Below are positions 7,659-18,129 of a DNA stretch of 53,816 bases, piece by piece. The notes under the pieces are model-generated. The model saw nothing but the letters and a program-made list of their open reading frames with translations. It was not told where the DNA came from and did no database searches. The DNA comes from a virus. Taxonomy: Duplodnaviria > Caudoviricetes. Position 1 is the first letter of the stretch; every line of letters starts with the position of its first letter. The stretch lies in IMG/VR virus record IMGVR_UViG_3300007539_000025, positions 1 to 53,816 of that record, one strand, 5' to 3'. The position numbers and the translations under genes were made by a program.

Positions 7659-7931
7659 ATGAGAAAAGGTATTGGACCAAACAACTTGGGTGCTGGACCA
7701 GCTGGCTGTCCAACTTGTGGACCTGCTTGTGATTGTGATCAACCACAATCAATGGCTAAATTTAACCCAGCATTAGAACAAGCTGAGAAAGATGGCAAGT
7801 TAAACCCTGGGTTTGCTAAAGCTGTAAGAGAAAGTAAACAACCTAAAGCAGCTGGTAAGATTTTACCTGCTATAGCCGGTGCTGTAGCATCTAAAGTAGC
7901 TGGTAAAGCTGTAGATAAATTAATGGGTTAA
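7659..7931 (+). CDS. small protein with C-terminal amphipathic peptide
   Basis: CxxC-xxx-CxC cluster; PKAAGK-ILPA motif shared with 9534-10283. Confidence 0.7.
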   Translation: MRKGIGPNNLGAGPAGCPTCGPACDCDQPQSMAKFNPALEQAEKDGKLNPGFAKAVRESKQPKAAGKILPAIAGAVASKVAGKAVDKLMG

Positions 7932-8317
7932 TGAGTTTCAAAATGAAAACCTTCCACGAAGTGGTTGGTATTGATGAAACATCCACTGTTAATAGACCAG
8001 TTTTTATAAAAAAACTAGAATCTGGCGTAGGTGGAGAAGCTAACAGAGATGGTACAACATTTATAGACGATGACGTTCCTAAACATTTAAGACAAAAAGT
8101 AGTCAACCATGAAGATGTTCATCATGATCAAATGATTCAAGGTAGACTTGGTTATACTCATGACCATGTATATTGGAAAGAAAACACTAAAGCTCCTCTA
8201 AAAGTTTTCGCTAGAGAAAACATGCAAGATGGTAATCCTGAGTTTACTTGGGAAAAAGAAGCATACGAACAAGAGGACGAAAAAGCAAAACAAAATGAGC
8301 AACGAAAACAAAACTAA
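7931..8317 (+). CDS. putative zincin metallopeptidase
   Basis: HEDVH (HExxH) and a downstream WEKEAY glutamate. Confidence 0.65.
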   Translation: MSFKMKTFHEVVGIDETSTVNRPVFIKKLESGVGGEANRDGTTFIDDDVPKHLRQKVVNHEDVHHDQMIQGRLGYTHDHVYWKENTKAPLKVFARENMQDGNPEFTWEKEAYEQEDEKAKQNEQRKQN

Positions 8318-8618
8318 CTATACCGCCTATAACATTTATAGTAGAATTAGAGGTGAAGACAGTGGTGAAGATGCTAAGAAAGCACCTGAAGCTACTGGTA
8401 AAAGCATATACGCTAAAAATCATAACATGTTCAGCAGAGGTGTAGGTGCTGCTAGAGCAGGGCTTGATGCTGGTTTTAAAACAGCTGAAAAAGCTGGAAA
8501 AAAACAACAACTACCACCACCTGATGATACTTTAACTGACGAAGAAAAAGAGAATACAGAAAACAAAGGTAAAGACTTGTTAGATGAAACTACACCTGAT
8601 ATGAGCGGTGATAACTAA
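8295..8618 (+). CDS. low-complexity hypothetical protein (start probably MSNENK)
   Basis: ATG at 8295 in an A-rich context. Confidence 0.7.
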   Translation: MSNENKTNYTAYNIYSRIRGEDSGEDAKKAPEATGKSIYAKNHNMFSRGVGAARAGLDAGFKTAEKAGKKQQLPPPDDTLTDEEKENTENKGKDLLDETTPDMSGDN

Positions 8619-8630
8619 AAATAAATAATC

Positions 8631-9494
8631 ATGCCTAGAAAAACAAAAAATAGATTTGTACAACCAGTATCTTTTTTTAAAAATACTGAAAGAAAAGACT
8701 TAGGTCAAGCTGTTGATGACCAAAATGTACTAAAAAACGTAACAGAAGTCAAGACTACCAAAAAAGGTGGTAAACTACCTACATATAAAGAAGCTTGGGA
8801 TATGGATCTTGAAGGTATAAAGGGTATGTATGGTAGTTATGAAGACTATGTTTCTGATATGCAAGGTATACAGCCTGGTGATAAAAGAGATCAAGAAAGA
8901 GAAGCTGCTAGAGCGGAAGCTGAAAAAGATAAAGTAGATACAAGTCACGAGCTAGATGACATTGAAAAACCAGGTAGTGATGCTAGTAGATCAAATGCTT
9001 TTACAGCTGCTCAAGGTAGAGGTCAATCTAGATTAATAAAATCAAGATCAAGAGACGCTATAAGAATGGCTAGAAAACAAATGAGATCTGGTGCTATAAC
9101 TAGAGAAGAATTTGAAGAGCAAAAAAAGCAAATAAGAACAGCTGCTGCTGAAGCGTCTAGAGCTCAATTTCAAAACGCTGTTGATCAACTTACTCAAGGT
9201 AGAAATCCTTACACTTCAAGTGAAAGTGTTGTTTATGGTAAAGAAATGACACCAGGTGAAGAAGGTAGTGATAAAACCGTTAAAACAGATGAAGAAATAG
9301 AAAGCGAAGGGTTAGTAACCGTAGACTCTTTAATAAATAAAGATAAAAACCCTGATGCTAGTATTGATGGTGATCAAGAAACTAGAGTAGCTAATTCAGG
9401 GTCTGAAGAAAATCCAGATGCGCCAGTCTCAATGAGAATGTCTGCCATTGGCCAATATGGGTTTAAAAATTTAAAATTTGGTAGACGCAAATAG
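8631..9494 (+). CDS. charged hypothetical protein (287 aa), possible internal head protein
   Basis: ORF; hydrophilic and probably disordered. Confidence 0.75.
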   Translation: MPRKTKNRFVQPVSFFKNTERKDLGQAVDDQNVLKNVTEVKTTKKGGKLPTYKEAWDMDLEGIKGMYGSYEDYVSDMQGIQPGDKRDQEREAARAEAEKDKVDTSHELDDIEKPGSDASRSNAFTAAQGRGQSRLIKSRSRDAIRMARKQMRSGAITREEFEEQKKQIRTAAAEASRAQFQNAVDQLTQGRNPYTSSESVVYGKEMTPGEEGSDKTVKTDEEIESEGLVTVDSLINKDKNPDASIDGDQETRVANSGSEENPDAPVSMRMSAIGQYGFKNLKFGRRK

Positions 9495-9533
9495 AGGACG
9501 CTCTATATTTATAACAATTAAACAATAAAAGTC

Positions 9534-10283
9534 ATGGCATTTAAACTTAAAAACACACCTGAAAAAATGTTCCACAAAGCGGAAGGTCAGGTACAACAAC
9601 CTCAACTACCAGGTTTAAAAGAAGAAGGTAGTTACGCTGGTAACCCAGACGCAGCTGGTAAAATTCTACCTGCGGCTCTAGGTATTTACGGAGCTTATAA
9701 GGCTGGTCAAGCGTTATATAAAGGAGGTAAAGATTTATACAACAAAGCTAAGCAAGCTAAATCTGATTATGATGCTGGTAAAAAAGCTAGACAAGAATCT
9801 GAGTCAAAAGAATCTTCTAGTACCACACCTAAAACAGATACAAAACCAAAGCAAACTGGAGGTAAAAACACTAAAATAACAGGTGCTATGGGTTCTGATT
9901 TAAGAAAGCAACAATACGATGCAAAAGGTTGGAAATATGATCATACAATTTCTGGTGATCACGAAGGTGCTTATAAAAAACCTTCTAAGTCAACTACGCC
10001 TAAAACAGATACTACGCCTAAAGTAGATACTAAGCCTAAGACAGATACTACACCTAAAGCAGATACTACAACAAAAACTCCTAAAAAGGAAACATCTCCT
10101 CAAGCTGCAAAGCTTAGAGCAAAAGGTGAAGCTGCTCTTGAAAGTGGTAATGTTAAAAAAGCTCAAAGACTTAGAAAACGTTACGACAGAAAAACAGCTA
10201 GAGACAAAAAGAAAGCCGCTAGAAAAGGTAGCACGCCTGATTATAGTGGGTCTCCAGCACAAAAGAAATACTGTAAAAAGTAA
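9534..10283 (+). CDS. lysine-rich protein with TTPKxD repeats, possible internal head protein
   Basis: MAFKLK N-terminus, PDAAGK-ILPA motif, 6-aa repeats. Confidence 0.75.
   Translation: MAFKLKNTPEKMFHKAEGQVQQPQLPGLKEEGSYAGNPDAAGKILPAALGIYGAYKAGQALYKGGKDLYNKAKQAKSDYDAGKKARQESESKESSSTTPKTDTKPKQTGGKNTKITGAMGSDLRKQQYDAKGWKYDHTISGDHEGAYKKPSKSTTPKTDTTPKVDTKPKTDTTPKADTTTKTPKKETSPQAAKLRAKGEAALESGNVKKAQRLRKRYDRKTARDKKKAARKGSTPDYSGSPAQKKYCKK
9993..10070 (+). repeat. 18-bp coding tandem repeat (about 4 copies, TTPKxD)
   Basis: actacgcctaaaacagat / actacgcctaaagtagat / actaagcctaagacagat / actacacctaaagcagat. Confidence 0.85.
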
Positions 10284-10735
10284 TGTCTAAAAAGAAGTTC
10301 AAAGATACCAAGGTAGGGCAGTTTTTATCTAAGACTGCCCCAGGTATCCTTGGTACGGTTGGGGATGTTTTACCCGACTCAGGCGTCTTTGGTGTTGTAA
10401 AGAATTTAATATCAAAAGATGAAACGCTACCTGTAGAGGATAAAGAGAAAGCAATGAAACTATTAGAGATGGATATGGTAGAGATGCAAGAAGTTTCAAA
10501 GCGTTGGGCAAGCGATATGAAGTCAGATAGCTGGCTAAGTAAAAACACAAGACCTATGTCGTTGATATTTTTAACTATATCAATGGTTTTATTAATTATA
10601 CTAGACAGCTTTGAGTGGAGCTTTAGTGTGTCAGCCGGTTGGGTTGATTTACTTCAAACACTTTTAGTTACAGTTTATGTAGCTTATTTCGGTTCACGAG
10701 GAGCTGAAAAGTTTCAGACAATAAGAAAAAAATAA
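10283..10735 (+). CDS. holin (3TM/GTA-holin-like)
   Basis: RWxxD, WLSKNTRP, two C-terminal TM helices, YFGSRGAEK. Confidence 0.75.
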   Translation: MSKKKFKDTKVGQFLSKTAPGILGTVGDVLPDSGVFGVVKNLISKDETLPVEDKEKAMKLLEMDMVEMQEVSKRWASDMKSDSWLSKNTRPMSLIFLTISMVLLIILDSFEWSFSVSAGWVDLLQTLLVTVYVAYFGSRGAEKFQTIRKK

Positions 10736-11464
10736 ATGGCTAGAATATCCACTTACTCGGTAGATAACACGCTGCAGAAAAATGATCTGTTACTAGGATC
10801 TAATGCTAACGGCAGAACAAGAAACTTTACGTTTGAAGACGTAACTACTTATTTAATGAGTGTTGGTATAAGTGGTAAGTTTGTGTTACAATATGTTAAC
10901 ACATCGTTTAATGGATATTCAACACAGCAAAAAGGTCAATTCACAGTACCTGGTAGCTCAGCTAACACTTATAATTTTAGTGACTCTGTTACATTTAAAA
11001 TAAGTGAGTTTCCTTTTGGTGTAGAAAAACTATCTGCACTTGAAAGAATACAACAGTTTAAAAATGAAACAGTATTAATAGCTAATATAAATGATATAAA
11101 CCAATTTGGTTTATTCAATATAACGAACATACAGCAAGACAGTAATGACAATACGTTATGGGATATAACCTTAACGGCTTCTTACGGTAAGTCTTTAATT
11201 TCAAATGGTATATTAGAAAATTTAAAATATTATACATTTGAAGTTTATAAGTCAGATAAGAGGTTTGTTCATCATCAAAATAGTCCATCTACATCTTGGT
11301 CTATTAACCACAACTTGGGTAAGTTTCCTAATGTAACTATAAAGTTTTCATCAGGCGCAACGTACACTAACGTTGGTGCTTTTGCTGGTGTTCAATTTAC
11401 AGACGAAAACAATTTAACAATAAACCTGCGAGCTGCTGAAAGTGGTTACGCTTATTTAAACTAA
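10736..11464 (+). CDS. tail-associated structural protein
   Basis: MARISTY N-terminus; C-terminal W-x-I-N-H-N-L-G-K-F-P-x-V domain common in phage tail proteins. Confidence 0.7.
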   Translation: MARISTYSVDNTLQKNDLLLGSNANGRTRNFTFEDVTTYLMSVGISGKFVLQYVNTSFNGYSTQQKGQFTVPGSSANTYNFSDSVTFKISEFPFGVEKLSALERIQQFKNETVLIANINDINQFGLFNITNIQQDSNDNTLWDITLTASYGKSLISNGILENLKYYTFEVYKSDKRFVHHQNSPSTSWSINHNLGKFPNVTIKFSSGATYTNVGAFAGVQFTDENNLTINLRAAESGYAYLN

Positions 11465-11479
11465 CTAAATTAAAAAATA

Positions 11480-13402
11480 ATGGCAATTCCTTTTTTAAAT
11501 CACATAGACTTAACTAAATCGGAAATACGAAGAGTTAGTCTACACCAAACAACAACAGCCAGTGTAGGTAATGAAAAATTTACAGGGCAGATAATTTTTG
11601 ACACCGGTGATTCAAAGGCTAAATACTATGATGGTAGTGCTTGGATTACTATGGGTGATACTGATAACTACGTAGATGGTGCTTCTTTATCAAACAACAC
11701 TCTTACATTAACAAGAACCGGTAGTTTAGCGGACATCACAGTAGACCTTAGTTCTTTAGACACAGATGATAACTACGTAGATGGCGTTTCGCTATCCGGT
11801 AGTACGCTTACTCTAACAAGAACAGGTTCGTTAAGCGACCTAACACAAGATCTTAGTAGTATAGTTCCTTCTGATGTAGTAGATGGTACTGGTGCAGCTG
11901 GTCAAGTAGCTTATTGGTCTGACTCAGACACTATAACTGGTGAAAATGATTTTGGATGGGACGCTACTAACAATAGACTAGGCATAGGTGTTGGTTTGAC
12001 ACCAACTGCAAACTTAGATATTAAAAGAAGTGTTACTAGTGTTGCTAACTCTTTAGCTTTAACAGATACTAGAGCTTCTGTTAAAATAATTGGTAGTACA
12101 ACAGGTGACAGTCAATTAACATTTAGCCACGGTTCTGGTGGTTTAGAGCAAATTCAAGCAAGTAACGCCGCTGCAGACACGGTTAAAGATTTATCTTTAA
12201 ACCCTTACGGTGGTAATGTTTATATCAACGTAAATGACACTGGCGCTGGCACTACAGGTTTACTTGTAATCGGTGGTAATACTACTCAAACTTCACAAAT
12301 AAACATGAACAGTAATACTGGAGTCAATGATGGTAGTATTATAAATGTTCTTAATAAGTTAACACTTAGAGTAAACAGTAGCTCTACAAAACAAATACTT
12401 TTAGATAACGACGGTTACGTTCATTTAAAGACATATGGTTCTGGTAACGTAACGGGTACTGAAGTTAAAAACCTATCTGTAACATCATCTGGTAAAATAA
12501 TTGAAACAACGCCAGTAACAAATACAGATGTTTTACAAGGTATAAGCGCAGATTCTACTAACGCTGAAAGATATGTAACTTTTGTTGATAGTGCAACTGG
12601 AGCTCAACAAGCTAAGTCTGATGCTAACTTTAGGTTTAACCCTAGCACAGATACGTTAAGCGTTACTAACTTGGTTGTTTCAGGAACACAAACAATAAGT
12701 GATGAAACAGTACAAGTTGTAGAAAATAATACAATATTATTTGAAGGTACTACAGATGATGCTTACGAAACAAAGCTTACAGTTATTGATCCTACAGCTG
12801 ATAGAGTAATTAGTTTACCAAACGCAACTGGTACAGTAGCTTTAGTAGGCCAACTACCTACTGTTAATGATGCTACTTTAACGGTTGAAGGTACTGGTGT
12901 ATTAGGTGGTACTGGTACATTCACAGCAAATGATGCAGATGATACTACAATTTCAATAACACACGATGCTGTATCAAATACACCTACTACATCTACAGCT
13001 TCACCGGGATATGGTGCTTCATTTACAGCTATTGACTCTATAACAATAAGTAATGAAGGTCACGTTACAGGTGTTAATACTAAAACAGTTACAATACCAG
13101 CTTCTGATAACACAAACACTCAATTAGCTACTAAACAAGCTCTTATTGATGTTAGTGCTATGGGTACTAACACCGTTGCAACAATAAACCACGGGTTAGG
13201 ATCTGATTATTTGATTGTTCAACTGTATGATGAAGTTACTGGTCAAGTTGTTTATGCAGATGTAGAATACACAAGTGATGGTTCAACTATAAGTGACGAT
13301 CATGTTAGGATAGAGTTTTCATCTACACCTTCAAACGATGTTAGAGTAGTTATAATTGATGCTAGTACAGGTATTAGTGCTGGTAGTGTAGCTTACTCGT
13401 AA
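11480..13402 (+). CDS. tail fibre protein (640 aa)
   Basis: T/G/S-rich beta repeats; FGWDATNNRLGIG; C-terminal INHGLG domain. Confidence 0.8.
   Translation: MAIPFLNHIDLTKSEIRRVSLHQTTTASVGNEKFTGQIIFDTGDSKAKYYDGSAWITMGDTDNYVDGASLSNNTLTLTRTGSLADITVDLSSLDTDDNYVDGVSLSGSTLTLTRTGSLSDLTQDLSSIVPSDVVDGTGAAGQVAYWSDSDTITGENDFGWDATNNRLGIGVGLTPTANLDIKRSVTSVANSLALTDTRASVKIIGSTTGDSQLTFSHGSGGLEQIQASNAAADTVKDLSLNPYGGNVYINVNDTGAGTTGLLVIGGNTTQTSQINMNSNTGVNDGSIINVLNKLTLRVNSSSTKQILLDNDGYVHLKTYGSGNVTGTEVKNLSVTSSGKIIETTPVTNTDVLQGISADSTNAERYVTFVDSATGAQQAKSDANFRFNPSTDTLSVTNLVVSGTQTISDETVQVVENNTILFEGTTDDAYETKLTVIDPTADRVISLPNATGTVALVGQLPTVNDATLTVEGTGVLGGTGTFTANDADDTTISITHDAVSNTPTTSTASPGYGASFTAIDSITISNEGHVTGVNTKTVTIPASDNTNTQLATKQALIDVSAMGTNTVATINHGLGSDYLIVQLYDEVTGQVVYADVEYTSDGSTISDDHVRIEFSSTPSNDVRVVIIDASTGISAGSVAYS
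11663..11860 (+). repeat. 105-bp tandem coding repeat, 2 copies (DNYVDGxSLS..TLTLTRTGSL)
   Basis: gataactacgtagatgg at 11663 and 11768. Confidence 0.85.
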
Positions 13403-13425
13403 ATAATAAATTAAAATAAAATAAT

Positions 13426-16400
13426 ATGGCTATAAGGCATTTACATGATCTATCAGTGGTAGGTAACGTTACAGTTGCCACCACTGGGGTCACTAATAAT
13501 GTACTCTTAACCTCTACAGACACTTCTGCAGCTTCAGCACCTGATTTAGTTTTATATCGTAACGCTTTAATTGCTGATAGCGACACGTTAGGTGTACTAG
13601 AGTTTCAAGGAAGAAATGGAATGGTTACAAGTTCAACCGCTCCTTTAACTTATGGTGCTATATATGGTAGAGTTTTTGACGCTTCTGAAAATCACACGGG
13701 TTTAGGGATTAGCGCTAACAAAGGTAACGGTAGTGGAGCTTTTGTAGATGCTATGAATGTTACTTTAAAAGGAACTAATAACTCAGCTGAAGGTGCTGTA
13801 ATAATAAATCCTAGCACAACGTTTGAGTTGCCAGATTCAAACTTAGAGGTAAAAGGTAGCTATGGTATAACTACAGAATCACACGGTAGCTCAGCTAACT
13901 GGAAGCAAGCTTACGATAATCACATAACTGGTGTAGCTGTAACCGGTACTTCAACTAAAACCATAACTCTTACTCAAAGAGACGGTGGTACAATTTCTGC
14001 AAACTTTAGCGATCAAAGTGGATCAGGTGGTATAGATATGACTAATGGCTCTAACAATAGAGTTGTTACGGCTGTTGATTCAGATACTGTTAATGGTGAG
14101 GCTGGACTTTTATTTGGTGGTAGTTATTTGGAAATTACACCTGGTAACATAGCAACTCCACTACAAGTAAAAAGAACAAGCGCATCTACTAGACAAGTAA
14201 ACTTATTACTTAGTGCTAATGATGGTACTACAACGTCTGAAGGATTTTTAGGTATAGATAGTGGCGCTGATTTAAGATATGGTGCTAGCAGTAATACTAG
14301 CACTAATAGTTTAGTTTTAACTGAAGATAATTTAGATTTTGTTGTTAGTAGTAGCACTAACAATGCTATAGTTAGATTAGCTGGTGGAGGTACTAATTTT
14401 GCTAATTTTAACATAGGAGGTTTAGCTGGGGCTATAACAGTAAATTCAAGCTCAAACAGTATAACAATAGGACACCATGATACTAGTAGTTCATCTTCTG
14501 TTAATAACAGCAACGGTACAGTTATACAAGATGTAACATTAGATACATATGGTCACGTAACGGCTTTAGGTTCTGTAAATCTAGATAGTAGATATTATAC
14601 GGAATCTGAATCAAATACATTATTTGTAAATGTTAGTGGCGATACAATGTCGGGTAATTTATCAATGAACAGTAATAATATTACAGACATTGATCTTCTT
14701 TCTTTAGGGCAAAATACGGTAGGCACTACATTTGGTGACGGTGTCTCTTCTGCTCCAGATCATATGATTAGTCAACAAGTTGGAGACAACGACGGTTGGA
14801 GATTGTATGGTGAAGCGCCATCTACTAATGATGTAAAAATGATTTTTGAAATAGTAGATGATATTGAGTCTGGTGACACTTGGGTGTTTAGAAATAAAAA
14901 GACATACTCACCATATACAGCTAGAGATGAATTTAAAATCGCAGGTGATGGAAAATTTTACTCTAGAGGTAATGGTTATGTAAATACCAACCAAAGAGTA
15001 TTTGCTGATAATTACCATCCTAATGCAGACAAGTGGACAACAGCAAGATCTCACACTGTTACCCTTACTGGTGAAGTTACAGGTACTGCAACTCAGTCTG
15101 TAGACGGTACTGGTAATAAAACATGGTCTATCGCTACAACATTAAATAATACAGCTCTTGATGATCAGTATGTAGACGTTACTGGTGATACAATGACTGG
15201 AAAACTTACATTATCTGATTCAGGTTATGAGATTGGTGATGAGATGATGGTTTGGAAAAAACATTACGTTGTTAATAGCACGAATCCTGGAGAATTATTG
15301 TATAGCGACGGTAACTCTTTACCAAACGGTGGTATATATAGATTTACAGCACATATTTCTGGAACTGGTACTGATCAATTCGCTAGAGCAGTATATTGGA
15401 ATCAAAATGGTACTTGGAGAGTAAATGTTACTGGACAAAGCGGAACGTCTAGTAACCATCCTGAGTTTCAAATACTAAGCAATGGAACTTCAAATGTTCC
15501 TCATGTACATATAGATCACGCTAGTAATTATACAATTCAGGTTTTAGGAGAGAGAATAGGATTAACTGAAGGAACTGGTACTGATAATGCTGGTTATGGT
15601 TTTGGTGTTGATGGATTTATGGGAAGTGTTCACAGCGATTTGTATTTTTTGCCAGGCGGCACAACAGCAACCGGAGCAGATCCTTATAATGATGGCAACA
15701 AGGTTTTTCATGATGGTTACCATCCAAATGCTGATAAACTAACCACAGCAAGAACAATCGCTGGAACTAGCTTTGATGGAACATCAAACATAGATATTAA
15801 TTATAATAATCTAACTAATAAACCTAGTATACCAACAGTTAACAATGGAACACTTACAGTACAAGGAACAGGTGCATTAGGAGGTAGTGGTACGTTTACT
15901 GCAAATCAAAGTACTAATGCAACAATTAGTATATCTCATGATGACACATCGAGTCAAAGCTCTGTTAACAACAGTAGTGGTACGGTTATACAAGATGTTA
16001 CTTTAGATGGGTACGGACACGTTACATCGCTAGGCTCTGTGGACTTAGATGGCAGATATTATACAGAATCTGAAATTCAAACCTTTTTTAATAGAGGTTA
16101 CATATCGAAACATTCTGCTGTTAACCTTCCGGTTGGTTGGTATACAATTGCAACAAATACTGGTGATAGAGCATTAGGAGAGTTTCAAATATGGGATGGC
16201 GCAAGTGGTGACCATCAATCTGTATTGTTTAATGCGTCTCATCATTTTGGTACTAATGGTTCAAATGACATTAATGTTTTAGCAAATTCAAGATACAGTG
16301 GTACTAATTTTAGATATATAAGAATAAAAGACAATGGTACTTATGACGGTGCTGCTTTACAAGTGTATGTGGATGGTGCTAGTAATTCTGTTAACGTTGC

Positions 16401-18129
16401 TATTGTTGGTGGTAATGCTCAAGAGAGTGGTTGGGTTATAAAAGATTGGATTGCTGATGCAACTGACCCAGGGGATGTTTCTAGTTGGGCAAACTTTACA
16501 GAACATTGTAGAGTAGATTTAGACAATGTTGTCAATGGTGGTATGATTAGTACTGGCGAAATGTATCTTGGCGGAACTACGACTCAATATAAAGCATTTC
16601 ACGATAATTATCACCCAAACGCTGATAAATGGACTACAGCTAGAACATTAAGTTTAACTGGTGACGTTACAGGTAGTGTAAGTTGGGACGGGTCTGCAAA
16701 TGCTTCAATTACAACTGCTGTAGCAAATAATAGTCATGAGCATACTAAACTTCACGAAGAAAGCACAATAACCTACGGAGGTAGTTATTTACAGTGGACA
16801 GATTTAAGTGGTAATGGTGGAGCAGGAACAAACGGTAACGCGCCTGGCAACCCTTTTAGCGATTGGCACCATCACCTTATAATGAATCACGGTAATAGCA
16901 GTGGTTATTATGTTGACATGGCATTTTCGTTCCACAGCGATAGAGTTCATTTTAGAAGACTTGAAAATGGTTCATTTGGATCTTGGAGAGAATTTTTCCA
17001 CACAGGACATCTTCCTACTTGGTCTGAAATAGCGTCAAAACCTTCTACATTTGCACCTAGCTCGCATAATCACGATGATAGATACTATACTGAAAGTGAA
17101 TCCGATGCTAAGTATTTATTAAACACTTCAGATGTTTTAAACGGTGAATTAAATGTAGCTAGAAATAGCGGTGTAACTGGTAGCTCAGCGCCTAGCTATA
17201 GTTCAGCTAACATAGAACTTCAAACTTCTAGCAACCACGTGCCTGCAATAAGTTTCCATAGAGGTGGTTATAGTGCATCAACACTATATGAATATGATGG
17301 TGAATTATATGTAAACCCTTGGACAACAAGAGCACAAGCAGGAAAACTTTTATCTAGTGGAAACTTTGATGATTATGTAACATCTACTTATATTAATAAC
17401 CTTGTTACAACTAGTGGAATTAGTCAATCTGATGCAGACACAAGATATATAAATGCCACTGGTGACACTATGAGTGGTACTCTGAACATGGCAGGTAATA
17501 TCTTATACCTTCACACTTCAAGTGGTAGTCCAGGTTTAAGAAGTTATTATGGTACTGTGAATGTAATAAACGGAAGTAGTGCTGGTACACTTTATGTAGG
17601 TACTGGTTCCGCTAACTCTAGTGGAGCTGTTTACGCTGTAACACAAGGTGCTAGTAGCAACAATAAAGTTGTTTATAATAATACATATCACAGTTACTAC
17701 GTTGGTAGTTCAACTGAAGAAATGCGCCTAGAGTCTGATGGTGATCTGCACGTTGAAGGTGATGTAACAGCTTACTCAACTACTGTTTCTGATATTAGAT
17801 TAAAAGACAATGTAATAACTATTGGTAATGCTTTAGATAAAGTTTGTAAGCTTAGAGGTGTAGAATACACTTGGAATAAAGGTAGTAGAAAAGACACAAG
17901 AGATCTAGGAGTTATAGCTCAGGAAGTAGAAAAGGTTTTACCTGAGATAGTTAAAGAGAAGAAAATGCCTCTAATAGATGACAGCGGTACTACATACAAA
18001 GCAGTAGACTACGAAAAAATAACAGCTGTATTAATAGAAGCAGTAAAAGAACAACAAGCTCAAATAGATGAGTTAACAACAATTTTAGAAGAAGTAACAA
18101 AACAATTAAATAATGGCAACAACATATAA
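13426..18129 (+). CDS. long tail fibre with C-terminal intramolecular chaperone (peptidase S74)
   Basis: SDIRLKDNV...GVIAQEVEKVLPEIV...VDYEKITAVLIEAVKE; internal repeats YHPNADKxTTAR x3 and RYYTESE x3. Confidence 0.92.
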   Translation: MAIRHLHDLSVVGNVTVATTGVTNNVLLTSTDTSAASAPDLVLYRNALIADSDTLGVLEFQGRNGMVTSSTAPLTYGAIYGRVFDASENHTGLGISANKGNGSGAFVDAMNVTLKGTNNSAEGAVIINPSTTFELPDSNLEVKGSYGITTESHGSSANWKQAYDNHITGVAVTGTSTKTITLTQRDGGTISANFSDQSGSGGIDMTNGSNNRVVTAVDSDTVNGEAGLLFGGSYLEITPGNIATPLQVKRTSASTRQVNLLLSANDGTTTSEGFLGIDSGADLRYGASSNTSTNSLVLTEDNLDFVVSSSTNNAIVRLAGGGTNFANFNIGGLAGAITVNSSSNSITIGHHDTSSSSSVNNSNGTVIQDVTLDTYGHVTALGSVNLDSRYYTESESNTLFVNVSGDTMSGNLSMNSNNITDIDLLSLGQNTVGTTFGDGVSSAPDHMISQQVGDNDGWRLYGEAPSTNDVKMIFEIVDDIESGDTWVFRNKKTYSPYTARDEFKIAGDGKFYSRGNGYVNTNQRVFADNYHPNADKWTTARSHTVTLTGEVTGTATQSVDGTGNKTWSIATTLNNTALDDQYVDVTGDTMTGKLTLSDSGYEIGDEMMVWKKHYVVNSTNPGELLYSDGNSLPNGGIYRFTAHISGTGTDQFARAVYWNQNGTWRVNVTGQSGTSSNHPEFQILSNGTSNVPHVHIDHASNYTIQVLGERIGLTEGTGTDNAGYGFGVDGFMGSVHSDLYFLPGGTTATGADPYNDGNKVFHDGYHPNADKLTTARTIAGTSFDGTSNIDINYNNLTNKPSIPTVNNGTLTVQGTGALGGSGTFTANQSTNATISISHDDTSSQSSVNNSSGTVIQDVTLDGYGHVTSLGSVDLDGRYYTESEIQTFFNRGYISKHSAVNLPVGWYTIATNTGDRALGEFQIWDGASGDHQSVLFNASHHFGTNGSNDINVLANSRYSGTNFRYIRIKDNGTYDGAALQVYVDGASNSVNVAIVGGNAQESGWVIKDWIADATDPGDVSSWANFTEHCRVDLDNVVNGGMISTGEMYLGGTTTQYKAFHDNYHPNADKWTTARTLSLTGDVTGSVSWDGSANASITTAVANNSHEHTKLHEESTITYGGSYLQWTDLSGNGGAGTNGNAPGNPFSDWHHHLIMNHGNSSGYYVDMAFSFHSDRVHFRRLENGSFGSWREFFHTGHLPTWSEIASKPSTFAPSSHNHDDRYYTESESDAKYLLNTSDVLNGELNVARNSGVTGSSAPSYSSANIELQTSSNHVPAISFHRGGYSASTLYEYDGELYVNPWTTRAQAGKLLSSGNFDDYVTSTYINNLVTTSGISQSDADTRYINATGDTMSGTLNMAGNILYLHTSSGSPGLRSYYGTVNVINGSSAGTLYVGTGSANSSGAVYAVTQGASSNNKVVYNNTYHSYYVGSSTEEMRLESDGDLHVEGDVTAYSTTVSDIRLKDNVITIGNALDKVCKLRGVEYTWNKGSRKDTRDLGVIAQEVEKVLPEIVKEKKMPLIDDSGTTYKAVDYEKITAVLIEAVKEQQAQIDELTTILEEVTKQLNNGNNI

